A DNA stretch of 63,998 nt, filler included, from Olpidium bornovanus S191 (Eukaryota > Fungi > Olpidiomycota), in assembly GCA_017911155.1 (NCBI GenBank). It is 31 parts of 31 records of this genome, joined end to end, with 100 filler letters (N's around TTAATTAATTAA, not from the genome) between each part and the next. Parts side by side here need not be neighbours in the genome. Positions count along the whole stretch, not along the records: positions 22,677 to 25,989 come from JAEFCI010007501.1; positions 26,090 to 27,235 come from JAEFCI010006944.1; positions 27,336 to 29,842 come from JAEFCI010012177.1; positions 29,943 to 30,996 come from JAEFCI010008928.1; positions 31,097 to 33,304 come from JAEFCI010008531.1; positions 33,405 to 34,926 come from JAEFCI010012633.1; positions 35,027 to 36,841 come from JAEFCI010011878.1; positions 36,942 to 38,269 come from JAEFCI010006287.1; 23 more parts are not named here. One strand, given 5' to 3'. Of the stretch, positions 24,023-38,269 are shown one piece after another. The notes below the pieces were generated by a model. The model was not told the origin of the DNA and made no database searches. It saw only the letters and a list, made by a program, of their open reading frames with translations. The position numbers were made by a program, and so were the translations under genes. The number at the start of each line of letters is the position of its first letter. Positions within the stretch are counted from its first letter, which is position 1.

Positions 24023-24062
<40 letters not shown>

Positions 24063-24296
24063 ACCTCGCCCGGCGCGCGATCCACCCGTCGCACTTTTTT
24101 CCGCACCTCCGCTCACAGAAGTTTAAGCAAAAAGGAGTTTGAAAGAGAGATAGCAGAGAGAGAGAGCAGAGAGAGACTGAGACACTGAAGAGACTGAGAG
24201 ACTGAGAGGCTGAGAGACTGAGTGAGCGGAGATAGGTAGAAACCGACGCTGAGGCTGAGACCGAGGCACAGTGAGGCGCAGGGGAAAAAGAAAAAA

Positions 24297-24336
24297 ATGA
24301 GTTCGCCGCGCAGGAGGATAGAGACCGGTGAGCCAC

Positions 24337-24367
<31 letters not shown>

Positions 24368-24484
24368 AAGAGGGAAGCGACGGGTGTTTCCTCCCGGGAG
24401 CGAAATGCGAGAGAGCGCCTTCCACACACGCACGCACACGCACACCCCATTTCCCCGTCTTGTTAGACCGCCTCCTTCCTTGCC

Positions 24485-24529
<45 letters not shown>

Positions 24530-25989
24530 CGATTTGCCCCCGTCGCGACGCTGCTTTTCGATTTCCGGTGCTGTCGTAAACCCCCGCACACTCGACCGGC
24601 CGGTCTGGGACGTCGCCGGCTGACTCACCGCCGCGTGGTCCCCCGTCTCGCCTTTTTCTGCCTTTGAAAACGCGCGCGGGGGCGGGCGGGCCGGGGCCGT
24701 TGGGCGGGCGGGGGTGGGGTGGGGGACTATTGTGGGGCGTGGGGCCCGGCCTCGATCGATTCCCGGCAGACGTGATGAAGCTGTGAGTGCCAAAGGACGG
24801 GGGTTCAAAGCGAAAGACATCGGAAAAAAAAAACGATCGTCTGCTACAAGACCGGAGGGAGCCGGAGGGGGAGAGGGGGTCGCATTGCTCGTTGAAAACG
24901 GAGGGGCCGAGCGCCCGGGAAAGCCCCCCGCGCTCTCACGGAGCCCGGACCCGGGCCTTTTTTGCGCGGGGCCTGATCACGAATACCTTCTTGAGACTGG
25001 GCTCTCGGCTTACTGTTTCCTTCCCCCCCCTCCTCCCCCCCACCTCCCTTTCCCACCTTCCCTCTTACCCCGTCAATTTTTTTTTTCCCGGCACACGTCG
25101 CAGGTTGATGAGCGACTACGAGGTGACTCTGGTGAACGACAACATGCAGGAGGTGCGCGCGCGTTTCGGCCCGGGGAAGGCCAATTTCCGTTTGAATTTT
25201 TTTATTACACGGTTCCGGCGCTTCGTATTTCGTTTCCGATATCCCAAAACGCCGGCCGGAACCGTCGCCGGCACGGAGCTGACTGCGGCGACGTGTTTTT
25301 TTTTTAACTTGCCCGTTCAAACAAAAGCTCTACGTGCGGTTTAACGGACCAGAAGGAAGTCAGTTCGGCCGGTGGCAACTTCCAGGCACGTCCACGCCGG
25401 CGCTCGCGAGCGCGGCCTGTGGGGCTGACGGCCTTCGGCCCCCAAGGGGGCTATTTTGCGCGTTTCTCCTCACAGCGCCGTTCCAGGGGGGCGTCTGGAG
25501 GATTCACGTTGAGCTGCCCGATCAGTACCCGTACAAGAGTCCGTCCATAGGCTTCATGAACAAGATTTTCCACCCGAACATTGACGAGCTGTACGTTTTT
25601 TGCGCGCGCGCTCGCGTCCGCGTGGCGGCTTTTTTTTCTCTCGACGGGAACGCACGAGAACCCGCGTCAAATCATGAAACTCTTTTGCGCCCGTGGGTCC
25701 CGGCTCTCCCTCTCTCTCTTTCTCTCTCTCGCCCTCTTCGCCTTCGCTCACTTCCTTATCAGGAGCGGATCCGTGTGCCTCGACGTGATAAACCAGACCT
25801 GGTCTCCGATGTTTGGTGAGCGGGCCGGGTCGCGCAAACCTCCACCCCGCGCACGCGCGCCCCTCCCCACGGCTTCCGTGCCGTGGCTCTTTTTTTTTTC
25901 GGGCGGCACGGCGTAACAAAATGTCGTTTCTGGGCCTCTGCTCCGCCGCGGGGGGAAAGTAGACATGATCAACATATTTGAGGTCTTCC
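24297..25989 (+). CDS. UBC8: Ubiquitin-conjugating enzyme E2 Ubc8/UBE2H, at least seven exons, 3'-truncated
   Basis: Spliced [11 protein letters not shown]|VMKL|[16 protein letters not shown]|[10 protein letters not shown]|[38 protein letters not shown]|[17 protein letters not shown]|DMINIFEVF. Includes a 13-nt exon at 24770-24782. Confidence 0.97.
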
Positions 25990-27177
25990 NNNNNNNNNNN
26001 NNNNNNNNNNNNNNNNNNNNNNNNNNNNNNNNNTTAATTAATTAANNNNNNNNNNNNNNNNNNNNNNNNNNNNNNNNNNNNNNNNNNNNCTTCTCCCACC
26101 CCTCTCATTCTACGAAGATAGAAAGGCCTATGCGCCGAATGGCTGCACAGAGTGGTACGATACAAAATACAAAAATACCATTAAATAGATACTGGCAATA
26201 GTAATCATGAAAGGGATGCTTACTAAGTGATTTAGTTACAAATTACAAATTATAGTATACAACATTTATGCACCGAACGACGCGTCCACGGGATATGACG
26301 TCTTCGAGTGTTATGTCCGAAATCTTTCTCGATGCCGGAATGTCACAAACTTGGCCGGTTTTGCAAGTTTCCATAGAAACCGTCGTTCACAGGAAGCATC
26401 ACGTGGAGGCGTTCGACAGGCTTCCCTTTTCTTTTCCCGGAAAACAAGCTCCTCACGAGAAAAAAAAAACCAGCTCCGGAGAAAAAACTTACGGTATCGG
26501 GGACGTTAGCCGCGTGGCGGTTCGGTTTCGGTGGTTTCGTTGTGGACTTTTCCCGAAAACGTCGAACGCACGGTGTCCACTGGACGTCCTCGTGCCCTCA
26601 ATGACACAGTTTCGAGAACCACTGGGATAGGCCGGCATGCGGTGAACGTTGTGCAGAGGATTCCCCAGCTGACCACATGCCGTCTCCCCTCCTGAATTCT
26701 CCATCCGACCTTCTACCCGAGCGCCCCGAGAGTCACCCTCGGCGATCAGGTAGCGTTCGGAGAGCCCCGGGGGCGCACTGCAGTGCGCACACTGGGCGCC
26801 ACCGAAACCGAACCGCCACAAAGACAGAAGACAACCGAACCGCTACAAAAGGAGAGAAGAAAGATCTCGACTTACCTTGTACGAAACGCGTGTTACCGGC
26901 ATTCAACAGGCAGAGCGACAAACCAAAGAGCAGGGCCGTGTCAGCGGCTCACCCCAACTCGCATCAGGCGCGGACGAGTTTTTTCTGACCCGACACGGGG
27001 GCGTTTTACCGTGCTGCGCGCCGGCGGAACAGAGCGCCTTTCTAGGGGGTGTAGGGCGGGGCGGGGAGCGGAACGCGTCAACTGCGGGAAGCGGGGAGCC
27101 GTGGCCGGGGGGGGGGGGGGGGGGGGGGGTAAGGGGGAGAGCGGCGGGAGGGAAAAGTGATTCTGAGACGCGAACCG

Positions 27178-27223
<46 letters not shown>

Positions 27224-27598
27224 CCAAACGAGGACNNNNNNNNNNNNNNNNNNNNNNNNNNNNNNNNNNNNNNNNNNNNTTAATTAATTAANNNNNNNNN
27301 NNNNNNNNNNNNNNNNNNNNNNNNNNNNNNNNNNNACGCCATTTGGGACTGCTCCTGAGGAGAGAGGACGCGAGATGGAGGCCAAATACCAAACCGCCAA
27401 GATCTCAGGGCGTTGAGGCAGAATTGAGGTACCAGCATAGATTTAGAGTGACCATGGGCACCGTGGTGCGCCCAGTGAGGCGGGGTGTTGGAAACAAAGG
27501 GGGAAAAGGAGGCGCCGGGGGCAAAGACGCACTGCGTGCACCTGTTGGCCCTTTGTAGAGTTTCTAGTCTCCCGTCATATAATATAGGTTTAAAGTAG

Positions 27599-29842
<2,244 letters not shown>

Positions 29843-31291
29843 NNNNNNNNNNNNNNNNNNNNNNNNNNNNNNNNNNNNNNNNNNNNTTAATTAATTAANN
29901 NNNNNNNNNNNNNNNNNNNNNNNNNNNNNNNNNNNNNNNNNNCGGTCAGGCCGGTGCTGTCGTTGCGGAGCCCGCGCGCTGTCTAAACCGAGGCGGGCCT
30001 TCTCCCCGACAGCAACTGTCCGCCGACGCGTTGCGCCGCGCGCTGAGAAAAGTTGATGGCATGTGCCCGAGGAGCCGAGTTGGGCCCGTGCTCACTGGTC
30101 AAAGCGGCAGAAGCAGAACGGGAGCCGTCCTCGCGTGCTCGACGTTGAGGCCCCGCCTCTCAAAGAGCGGAGGCTGCTCCGGACCGGCCGGTTCCCGTGC
30201 AACACTTGTTTTGAGCTGCACTGCGGCGGGCGGATCAAAAACAGGCCGACAGGCGCGTCACTTGGGCGTCCTTTCCAGCCATTTTCCCTCAGGTTTTGGA
30301 TAATCTTGCCGTATGCCCTCTTTGAGATTCTCATTGATTTGGTTCAACCAGTCGTCAGACGGAGTAGAGGCAATAAGAACACAACGACAGCGTCTCGGAC
30401 CAAAAATCAGAATCCATTTTGGAGAAATCCGGAGACTACAGAAAGACCAGGGAAACATCAATGACCAGATGTCACCGCCTCGCAAACCACGCTCGCTCGA
30501 ACCCACTTCACGCACGTTATCCATCTTTTCACTGAATCTCAGGCGCCTTCGAGAGGCGCCTGATGTGAGTGCGCGAGGTCGGTTTTCGGCCAACCGCGCT
30601 TCCCCCCCCCCCCCCCTTTCCCCCCCCCCCCCCCCCCCCTCCCCCCTTTTCCCAGACCCCGCCCTTCCGTTCGGCTGAGGGGGCCAGCACGGGGCGCGCT
30701 GAGGATCAACCCCTGGCAAACGGCGGCGGAAAGCTCAGACCCGCCGATAATCTTTTTTTTTCAGGGATACACATTCCGCGATTCAAACCGCAGGGCGCAA
30801 AGCGCTATTCAAGGATCCCAACCCCCCGGGGAAATGATAGATCCCCTCTTCCCCCCCCCCCCCCCTCTGTCGTTCGCAGGAAAACGGAATTCCGGTTGCA
30901 TTTTTTTTTCTTCCAGCTCGCGTGGATTGCTTGCCCAGTTTTCTGCCGCGCGAGCTTTTCTGCGCGGCCAGAACCCGGAAATTAACCTCCTTCCCCNNNN
31001 NNNNNNNNNNNNNNNNNNNNNNNNNNNNNNNNNNNNNNNNTTAATTAATTAANNNNNNNNNNNNNNNNNNNNNNNNNNNNNNNNNNNNNNNNNNNNCATG
31101 CAAAAAAAGGTATGAGGTTGCAAAATAAACGGGCCGGCGGCCTCACTGTCCCACGTGCTTTTAGTGACCATATTAGACATTACACAACTCTGCTTCGATC
31201 TTCTCTGGATAGCTCGGGCCCCTCCCGGGCGGGAGCGCGGCCCGGCGAAGCCTGCGGCTGCGCCTTCTCGTGTCAGGCAAGCTCCACACCT

Positions 31292-32685
31292 CTAGATCCG
31301 GCGAGTCCAGATGGGGACGTACAAGCTAAACAGCCCCCTCTTAACGCGAGCGGGGGTGGCGCTCACGGCGGGAGACGACTCTGGCTCCGGCTCCGAACTG
31401 GCAGCAACAGCCGCAACCGCTTTTCTGAAAATCTCGTCCAGCGCAAGCGTAACAAAAGCCTTGATTTCGAGGTCGGCCTGGTCCGCCGAGGGTCCAGCCA
31501 CATCGGAAGCGGGCTCGGTGGCCAACGTCGCGCCGTTCGCAGTGGAGGGGGCGCTCGCCGCCGCCGGCGCGACTACTTCTCGCTCGGGTTCCACGGCGAC
31601 CGCCCGTGCCTCGATCTCCGCGACGGTTTCCTCCGTCGCCTTCTCGGCCGCGTCGGTAGCTTCCGCAGCAAGTTTTTCGAATCTTTCTTCGATTTGCGTG
31701 TGTTCGGTGTCTGCTTCGGGTTCAGCGGCGATCTCAACCTTCGTCGAGGCCTCCTCCTCGGCATCGGCGGCTGCAACCGCTTTCCTCACGACGTCATCCC
31801 TGATTTCGCTCATTTGGAGCTTGACCTCGGCTTCGACCTCCGTCTTCACTTCATCGGCGGCGGCATTCGTGCTCTCGGCAACCGCGTTAATCGCGACCGC
31901 GCTCTCCGGCTTCGACTCCCCGGCGGTGGCGTCCTGGCTACCGACAACCTCATCAATCGCGACCGCGACGACCGCCTTCGCCTCGTCGGCGGCGACGCTC
32001 GTGGCATTCGCCTGATCGGCGGAAGGGGACATCGAACTACCGAAAGCACTCTTGTTAACTGCGGAGATAATTTAGAAAACAGGATTGTTAGCGACACGGC
32101 CGCCGGAGACATTGTACTCTCTCCAACCCCGTCGGACTGCTTACCGAGACTCTTGTAGATAGATCGGTATTCGCTGCTGGCTTCGACGTCATCTGCTTCC
32201 TTAGCGACTCTTGCGAGGTCCTGGACGGACTTTACCCAGCTCTCGCGCTCCTTTTCTGAGCGCGCCGCGAACACGAGGTGCTTGCCAAATGCAGTGCGTA
32301 CCGTGAACGCGAACCGCTTCTTCTTCGAGAGCTTCGGAGACACCGCGACTTCCACGACGTCCCGGACGTTCAGAAGCGTCACGGGCCGCTCGGTGTCCTC
32401 GACGCGATAAGCGACAAGGATGCCGCTGCCGGAGACTACCGCGGTCGACATCGCCCTGAAGAGCTCCTCGTTTGATGCCTCGTATTCGCCGGGAGGAAGG
32501 CTTTTGGTTAGGCGGTCGCGCTTCCACTTGCGCAAGTTCTTTTTGACGCCCTTCCTGTGGACCAGCTCCAGGCTGCTCAGCGGGACGCGGGCGTCCGCGA
32601 AAGCAAAAAACATTGGCTTCTTCCAAAAGCCGACCAGCTGGGCGGACGAGCGGACAGCGAGATATCCGGGTGGCGGGAGAGTCAT
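31292..32685 (-). CDS. PH-domain protein (Meu6/PH_6-like) with Glu/Ala-rich C-terminal region
   Basis: GYLAVRSSAQLVGFWKKPMFFAF..VTLLNVRDVVEV..RFAFTVRTAFGKHLVFAARSEKERESWVKSV is a PH-domain ending. It is followed by SSEYRSIYKSL and an acidic, internally repetitive tail. Upstream exons may exist. Confidence 0.65.
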
Positions 32686-33404
32686 TCTTCTTTCTCTGAA
32701 AAAAAAGGAAAGAAATCGCCGGCGATTGCGGGAACGGGGGAAAGCAGGTTGGGAGGAAAGCCTATTTGACAGAGAGATGGGAGCGCACGAGATGGGGATG
32801 CTCAACGGTGAAAGGAAGGAGGTCATCGGGGGACCGCTGTCACTTTTTCAGGGATGCCCTGGTTGTATTAAACCGAGGTGTGCGAGTCGAGGTACCGGCA
32901 GGTGGTTGCCGCGCCCGGGTGTTTTGTTGTGATGATAGCTTGATTTCCGCGTCATTTCCGACCGCCGGAAATGCCCGCAAATGCACCAATCAGGCGCGCG
33001 CACCCTCCCCGCGTGCGCCCCAGGGGTAGCGGGACTGGGGAAGGGAGCGTGAGGGAAAAGGGGCGGAGAACTCTCAGTCGTGCTTTGCCTTGGGGAAACA
33101 ATCCCCCCACACCTCCGTCCGTGCCACCCCTCGGTCGAGTACGGCCGGCTCCCACCCACCCGAGTCCCCCGTTTTTTTCCCGGCCACAGATGGTACCGCC
33201 GACAGCCGAGGCGGCCGGTGGTCAGACCAGAGAAGGTCTGGGACCAGCGCACGCCGGCCCTGCCGCCGCCGCCGACCCGCCGCAGAGGGCGCACATCCAT
33301 GCGCNNNNNNNNNNNNNNNNNNNNNNNNNNNNNNNNNNNNNNNNNNNNTTAATTAATTAANNNNNNNNNNNNNNNNNNNNNNNNNNNNNNNNNNNNNNNN
33401 NNNN

Positions 33405-34603
<1,199 letters not shown>

Positions 34604-34681
34604 GTCTGCGGCGAAACGAACGAAACGTGAGAGGTGGGGTGGGGGGGGGGAAGGAACGAGAGAGAGAGAGAGAGAGAGAGC

Positions 34682-34728
<47 letters not shown>

Positions 34729-34866
34729 GAGACAGAGAGAGAGCAGAAAGAGAGAGAAAACCTCTCTCTCCCACCCCTTTCGCCCTTGGGACCAAGCCTT
34801 GCCGCGAAACGTGCTCCCCGCTCCTCCCTCGCCCGCCCGCCCGCGCTCGGAGAAGGAACCTTTTCC

Positions 34867-34922
<56 letters not shown>

Positions 34923-35026
34923 TCGCNNNNNNNNNNNNNNNNNNNNNNNNNNNNNNNNNNNNNNNNNNNNTTAATTAATTAANNNNNNNNNNNNNNNNNN
35001 NNNNNNNNNNNNNNNNNNNNNNNNNN

Positions 35027-36306
35027 GGAAGACGCCTTGGAGAGGTCGAGCACGTAGCTGTAGCACCGGCACCACGTCGGGTAGTGCTGCCCCCCCGCGC
35101 TCCCGTCCTGCCAGTGGAACCACTTGGACATAAAGAGGTCGTACATGGGCGCGTTGCGCCCTACCGCCGCGTAATAGATGCGGCTGTATATCCCCGCCCC
35201 GGTCGTCTGCAGCAAGGACCAAGGCTTCCAGCTCAGGAGGACGTCGTACGCGAAGCCTTCGTAGATCATGAGCCGGTGGTTTCCTCCTTCGAAGATGCTG
35301 GTGATGTCGCCCGTCTGCTTCTGCAACACTATCTGGATACCTGATCCGAGAGAAATCGAATAAATTCCCGGCGACGTCGCTTCGCGGCCGACGGGCGCTC
35401 GGTGGACGCGCGACGCAAACCCAGAACAAAACGGGAAATAAAGAGAGAGCGGTCCAACTCACTTGCGCCTGCATCGTCCTGGATTGGCAAATAGAAAGAC
35501 GGGCGCGGCAGCGGATATCGAGGCCGCGCTAGACCTGGCGCCGCCGCCGGCACCGCGGCGTACTGGGGCGCCGTCGACGGCGCCGGCGCGGCGGGATACT
35601 GGAAGCCCAGTAGCTCCGGCGGCGGCGGCTGCCCCACGTCGGCGGGCCACGGCCAGTGATGCACCAGCCGGGGCACGGCGACAGTCGACTGTTGCTGCAG
35701 CTGGTGCCTCTGCTGGTGCTGCGAACCCGCGACGGCCGGACCCGCGATCGTCGCCTGCTGGTCCGGCGGAAGCGTGCCGCGCCACGTCCGGGGGTAATCG
35801 TACGGCGCGCACGGGAGAGAAGGGGAAGTTTGCGCCGCCGCGGACAAGAAATATTCCTCCTGATGCCGGAACGGATGCGCGGGCGGCGGCGGCGGAAGAA
35901 GAGGAGGAGGAGGAGGAGCGTAGACCGCTTCGGACTGCGGCGACCGCGGATACTCCTGGTACTTGGCGGCGGCGGCGGCGGCGGCGGCGGCGTAGAACAC
36001 GGCCGTCGGGTGCTGCTGATCGGCGGAGCGCGGGATGCGCGCGGTGGGCGACGTGGACTGCGCGCGCTGCTGCTGCTGCTGCGGCGGCGGCGGCTGGTGT
36101 AAGATCTGGAGCTGGTGCGGCCTGTGTTCCGCGGCGGACTGCCCGCCGCCGGCTGGTTGCTGGCCCGGGGCCGGCGACGGGGGTACCAGGTGGACGCACT
36201 GCGATGGAAGGCTCGGCGGGTAGTATGGGCAGCGGGCGGACTTGAGGGCGTAGGGCAGCGGCGGCTCGTCCTCGGGGTCCGAGAGCGGGGCCGGCGGTCG
36301 AGACAT
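35027..36306 (-). CDS. Hypothetical protein: Q/P/A-rich N-terminus plus an unrecognised aromatic-rich domain, 3'-truncated
   Basis: ATG at 36306. A GTGAGT..CAG intron at 35462-35341 joins in frame to ..DDAGASIQIVLQKQTGDITSIFEGGNHRLMIYEGFAYDVLLSWKPW... Confidence 0.7.
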
Positions 36307-37094
36307 ATGGCGGTTGACGCAGCAGGGGCTGGGCGGCTCGGCGGGAGGCGGGGGGCGGGGAGAAGGAGAGAGGGCGGGGAACAGAAAAAAAAAAAAAACG
36401 CGGCGGGCGGGAGAGAGAAAAGCGGAGGGTGTTTTCAGCAAGCGAGTCGGGCGGCAGGCGGCGGCGTCGGCGGCAGCGGCGGCGGCAAAAGATGTGCGGG
36501 CGGTTTGAGAAGGAACCAGAGCATGGCGAAGAGGGGGAGGAGCGAAAGGGAGGGAAGAAGGAGGGGAAGAAGGAGGGGAAGGGAAAAGAAAAGAGGTTCG
36601 CGGGTGGTGCTGAAGACGCGACTTCTGCGCCCGGAAAAGGATGTAAGAGGAGAGAGGAAGAGGTAGCCGGCGAAGCGGAGTTTGCCGCGCGCTCCGGTGA
36701 AATGGGGGGAGGTGAAAAAAAGCGCGAGAGGTGGTTCGCCCCGTCAGCCTTCCTTCGCGGGGAACGGGGTCTGCGGCGGTGGAGAGTTGCTGCTGGGGAG
36801 CGGGCGAAACAGGGGCGGGGGGGGGGGGGGGCCGAAAACCCNNNNNNNNNNNNNNNNNNNNNNNNNNNNNNNNNNNNNNNNNNNNTTAATTAATTAANNN
36901 NNNNNNNNNNNNNNNNNNNNNNNNNNNNNNNNNNNNNNNNNCCCCCCCCCCCCCCCCTTTCCTTCCCTTTCCCGGGTCCTACGGCCGCATCCAAAACTAC
37001 GTCTTCCAGCCTCGCATTTTGTTAAATTTTTTTTTCTCCCCTTCTCCGGGTGTATTTTTTTTTTCTATGTAGTTCCTCGCATGTCGCCACACGT

Positions 37095-37134
<40 letters not shown>

Positions 37135-37273
37135 TCCCCTCCCCCTTCCCTCTCTCTATCCCGCTGTCTTTCCCCTTTTCCTCGGCTTACGTAGACTTGT
37201 AAAAAAAAAAGAAGGGAAACAAATAATTAGTTTTCTCTGAATGACGAAAAGAGAAAAGATAGTCTGTCTCTAT

Positions 37274-37310
<37 letters not shown>

Positions 37311-37479
37311 TTTTTGTTTTGCAGGATTTCTATCGGCAGTTATCCAGGCGTGAAACGAAGAGCAGAGGAAATTAAAAGAGGAAACGCGTTCAGTTATACT
37401 AAAATGTATAGTACTGTATCAACTAACATCTTATATTACATGCCTAGACCCTGACAGTTATTCGTGATTTGATTGGCTC

Positions 37480-37548
37480 CGTCTTATATTACGTCTTATA
37501 TTACGTATACTACGTCTTATATTACGTATATTACATGCCTAGAACCTA
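37480..37548. repeat. AT-rich 12-bp tandem repeat (CGTCTTATATTA) with degenerate copies
   Basis: Three full and two partial copies. The flanking ATATTACATGCCTAGA is duplicated at ~37433 and ~37529. Confidence 0.85.
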
Positions 37549-37899
37549 ACGTTCGAGTGCTGTGTCTATCTCCTTTTCGGAGGGGTGGTCTGCTACGTGT
37601 TCGCCTCGGAGCATTGAGAAAATTTTTCCCAATCCTCCGAGGAGAATAACTGTCGTTTCTGCGCCAGGAAGAGAGAAAAAAAAAAAAACATTCCACGACG
37701 CCACACGGGTCACGCCCCTTTTTGCCGGGCCACGCAGGCAGAACGCCCCGAGCTTGCCCGCCTGCCCTTCTCTCTCCGAACCGGAGCCTCCGGTTGTCCC
37801 CAGCCATTTTTATCCCGTTCGGATTTGGTTTCAGGTTCCGGTTGACTATAAAATCCTCAACTTCCTTCACACTCCTCTCTCTGTTCTATTTTAAATTCT

Positions 37900-38269
37900 C
37901 ATCTTAAAAACACAATTGGTCGAACTGGACGTCCCCATACTATTTGGGAGCGACAAAATGCTCACAGATCCTCCCAACACCGTTCTGTTCAATGTTTCCA
38001 CAATATTGGGAGAAATTGGAAGAAACCGCCAAACTTTGTCCGACGAATAAAAGGGCTTCTGTTGTAGGGACGGCAAAATCAAGCTTCCTGAAGTAAGTGT
38101 GTTCACTCAGTTGGCAATGCACCCGTGGGCAGGACTTTGTTCTAATCTTTCAAGTTGCATACGGCAGATCAACCCTCCGGAACAGCTCCTTTCACTATAT
38201 ACAAGAGATGATGAGATTGGCAAGGATTTTTGAAAAAATATCCGCGGATACAATTCTCTCTTCTCTTTC
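37900..38269 (+). mobile_element. Degenerate Helitron Rep/Hel ORF fragment (pseudogene)
   Basis: KGFCCRDGKIKLPE [GTAAGT..CAG intron 38093-38167] INPPEQLLSLYTRDDEIGKDF*KNIRGYNSLFSF matches the recalled Helitron N-terminal pattern CC..GKVKLP..PP..L..L....F..NIR.YNS.F.F. In-frame stops lie at 38048 and 38231. Confidence 0.8.

Noticed and set aside
26560-26920. LNAGNTRFVQG..GDSR suggesting a beta-carbonic anhydrase
   Set aside because: The zinc-binding C-x-D-S-R and H-x-x-C motifs are not present in a consistent frame.
30092-30520. Minus-strand frames (MRISKRAYGKIIQNLRENGWKG; DDWLNQINENLKEGIRQDYPKPEGKWL) vaguely recalling an NDUFA12 N-terminus
   Set aside because: The diagnostic GTLVGxDxxGNKYYE motif could not be assembled from the exons, so no call is made.
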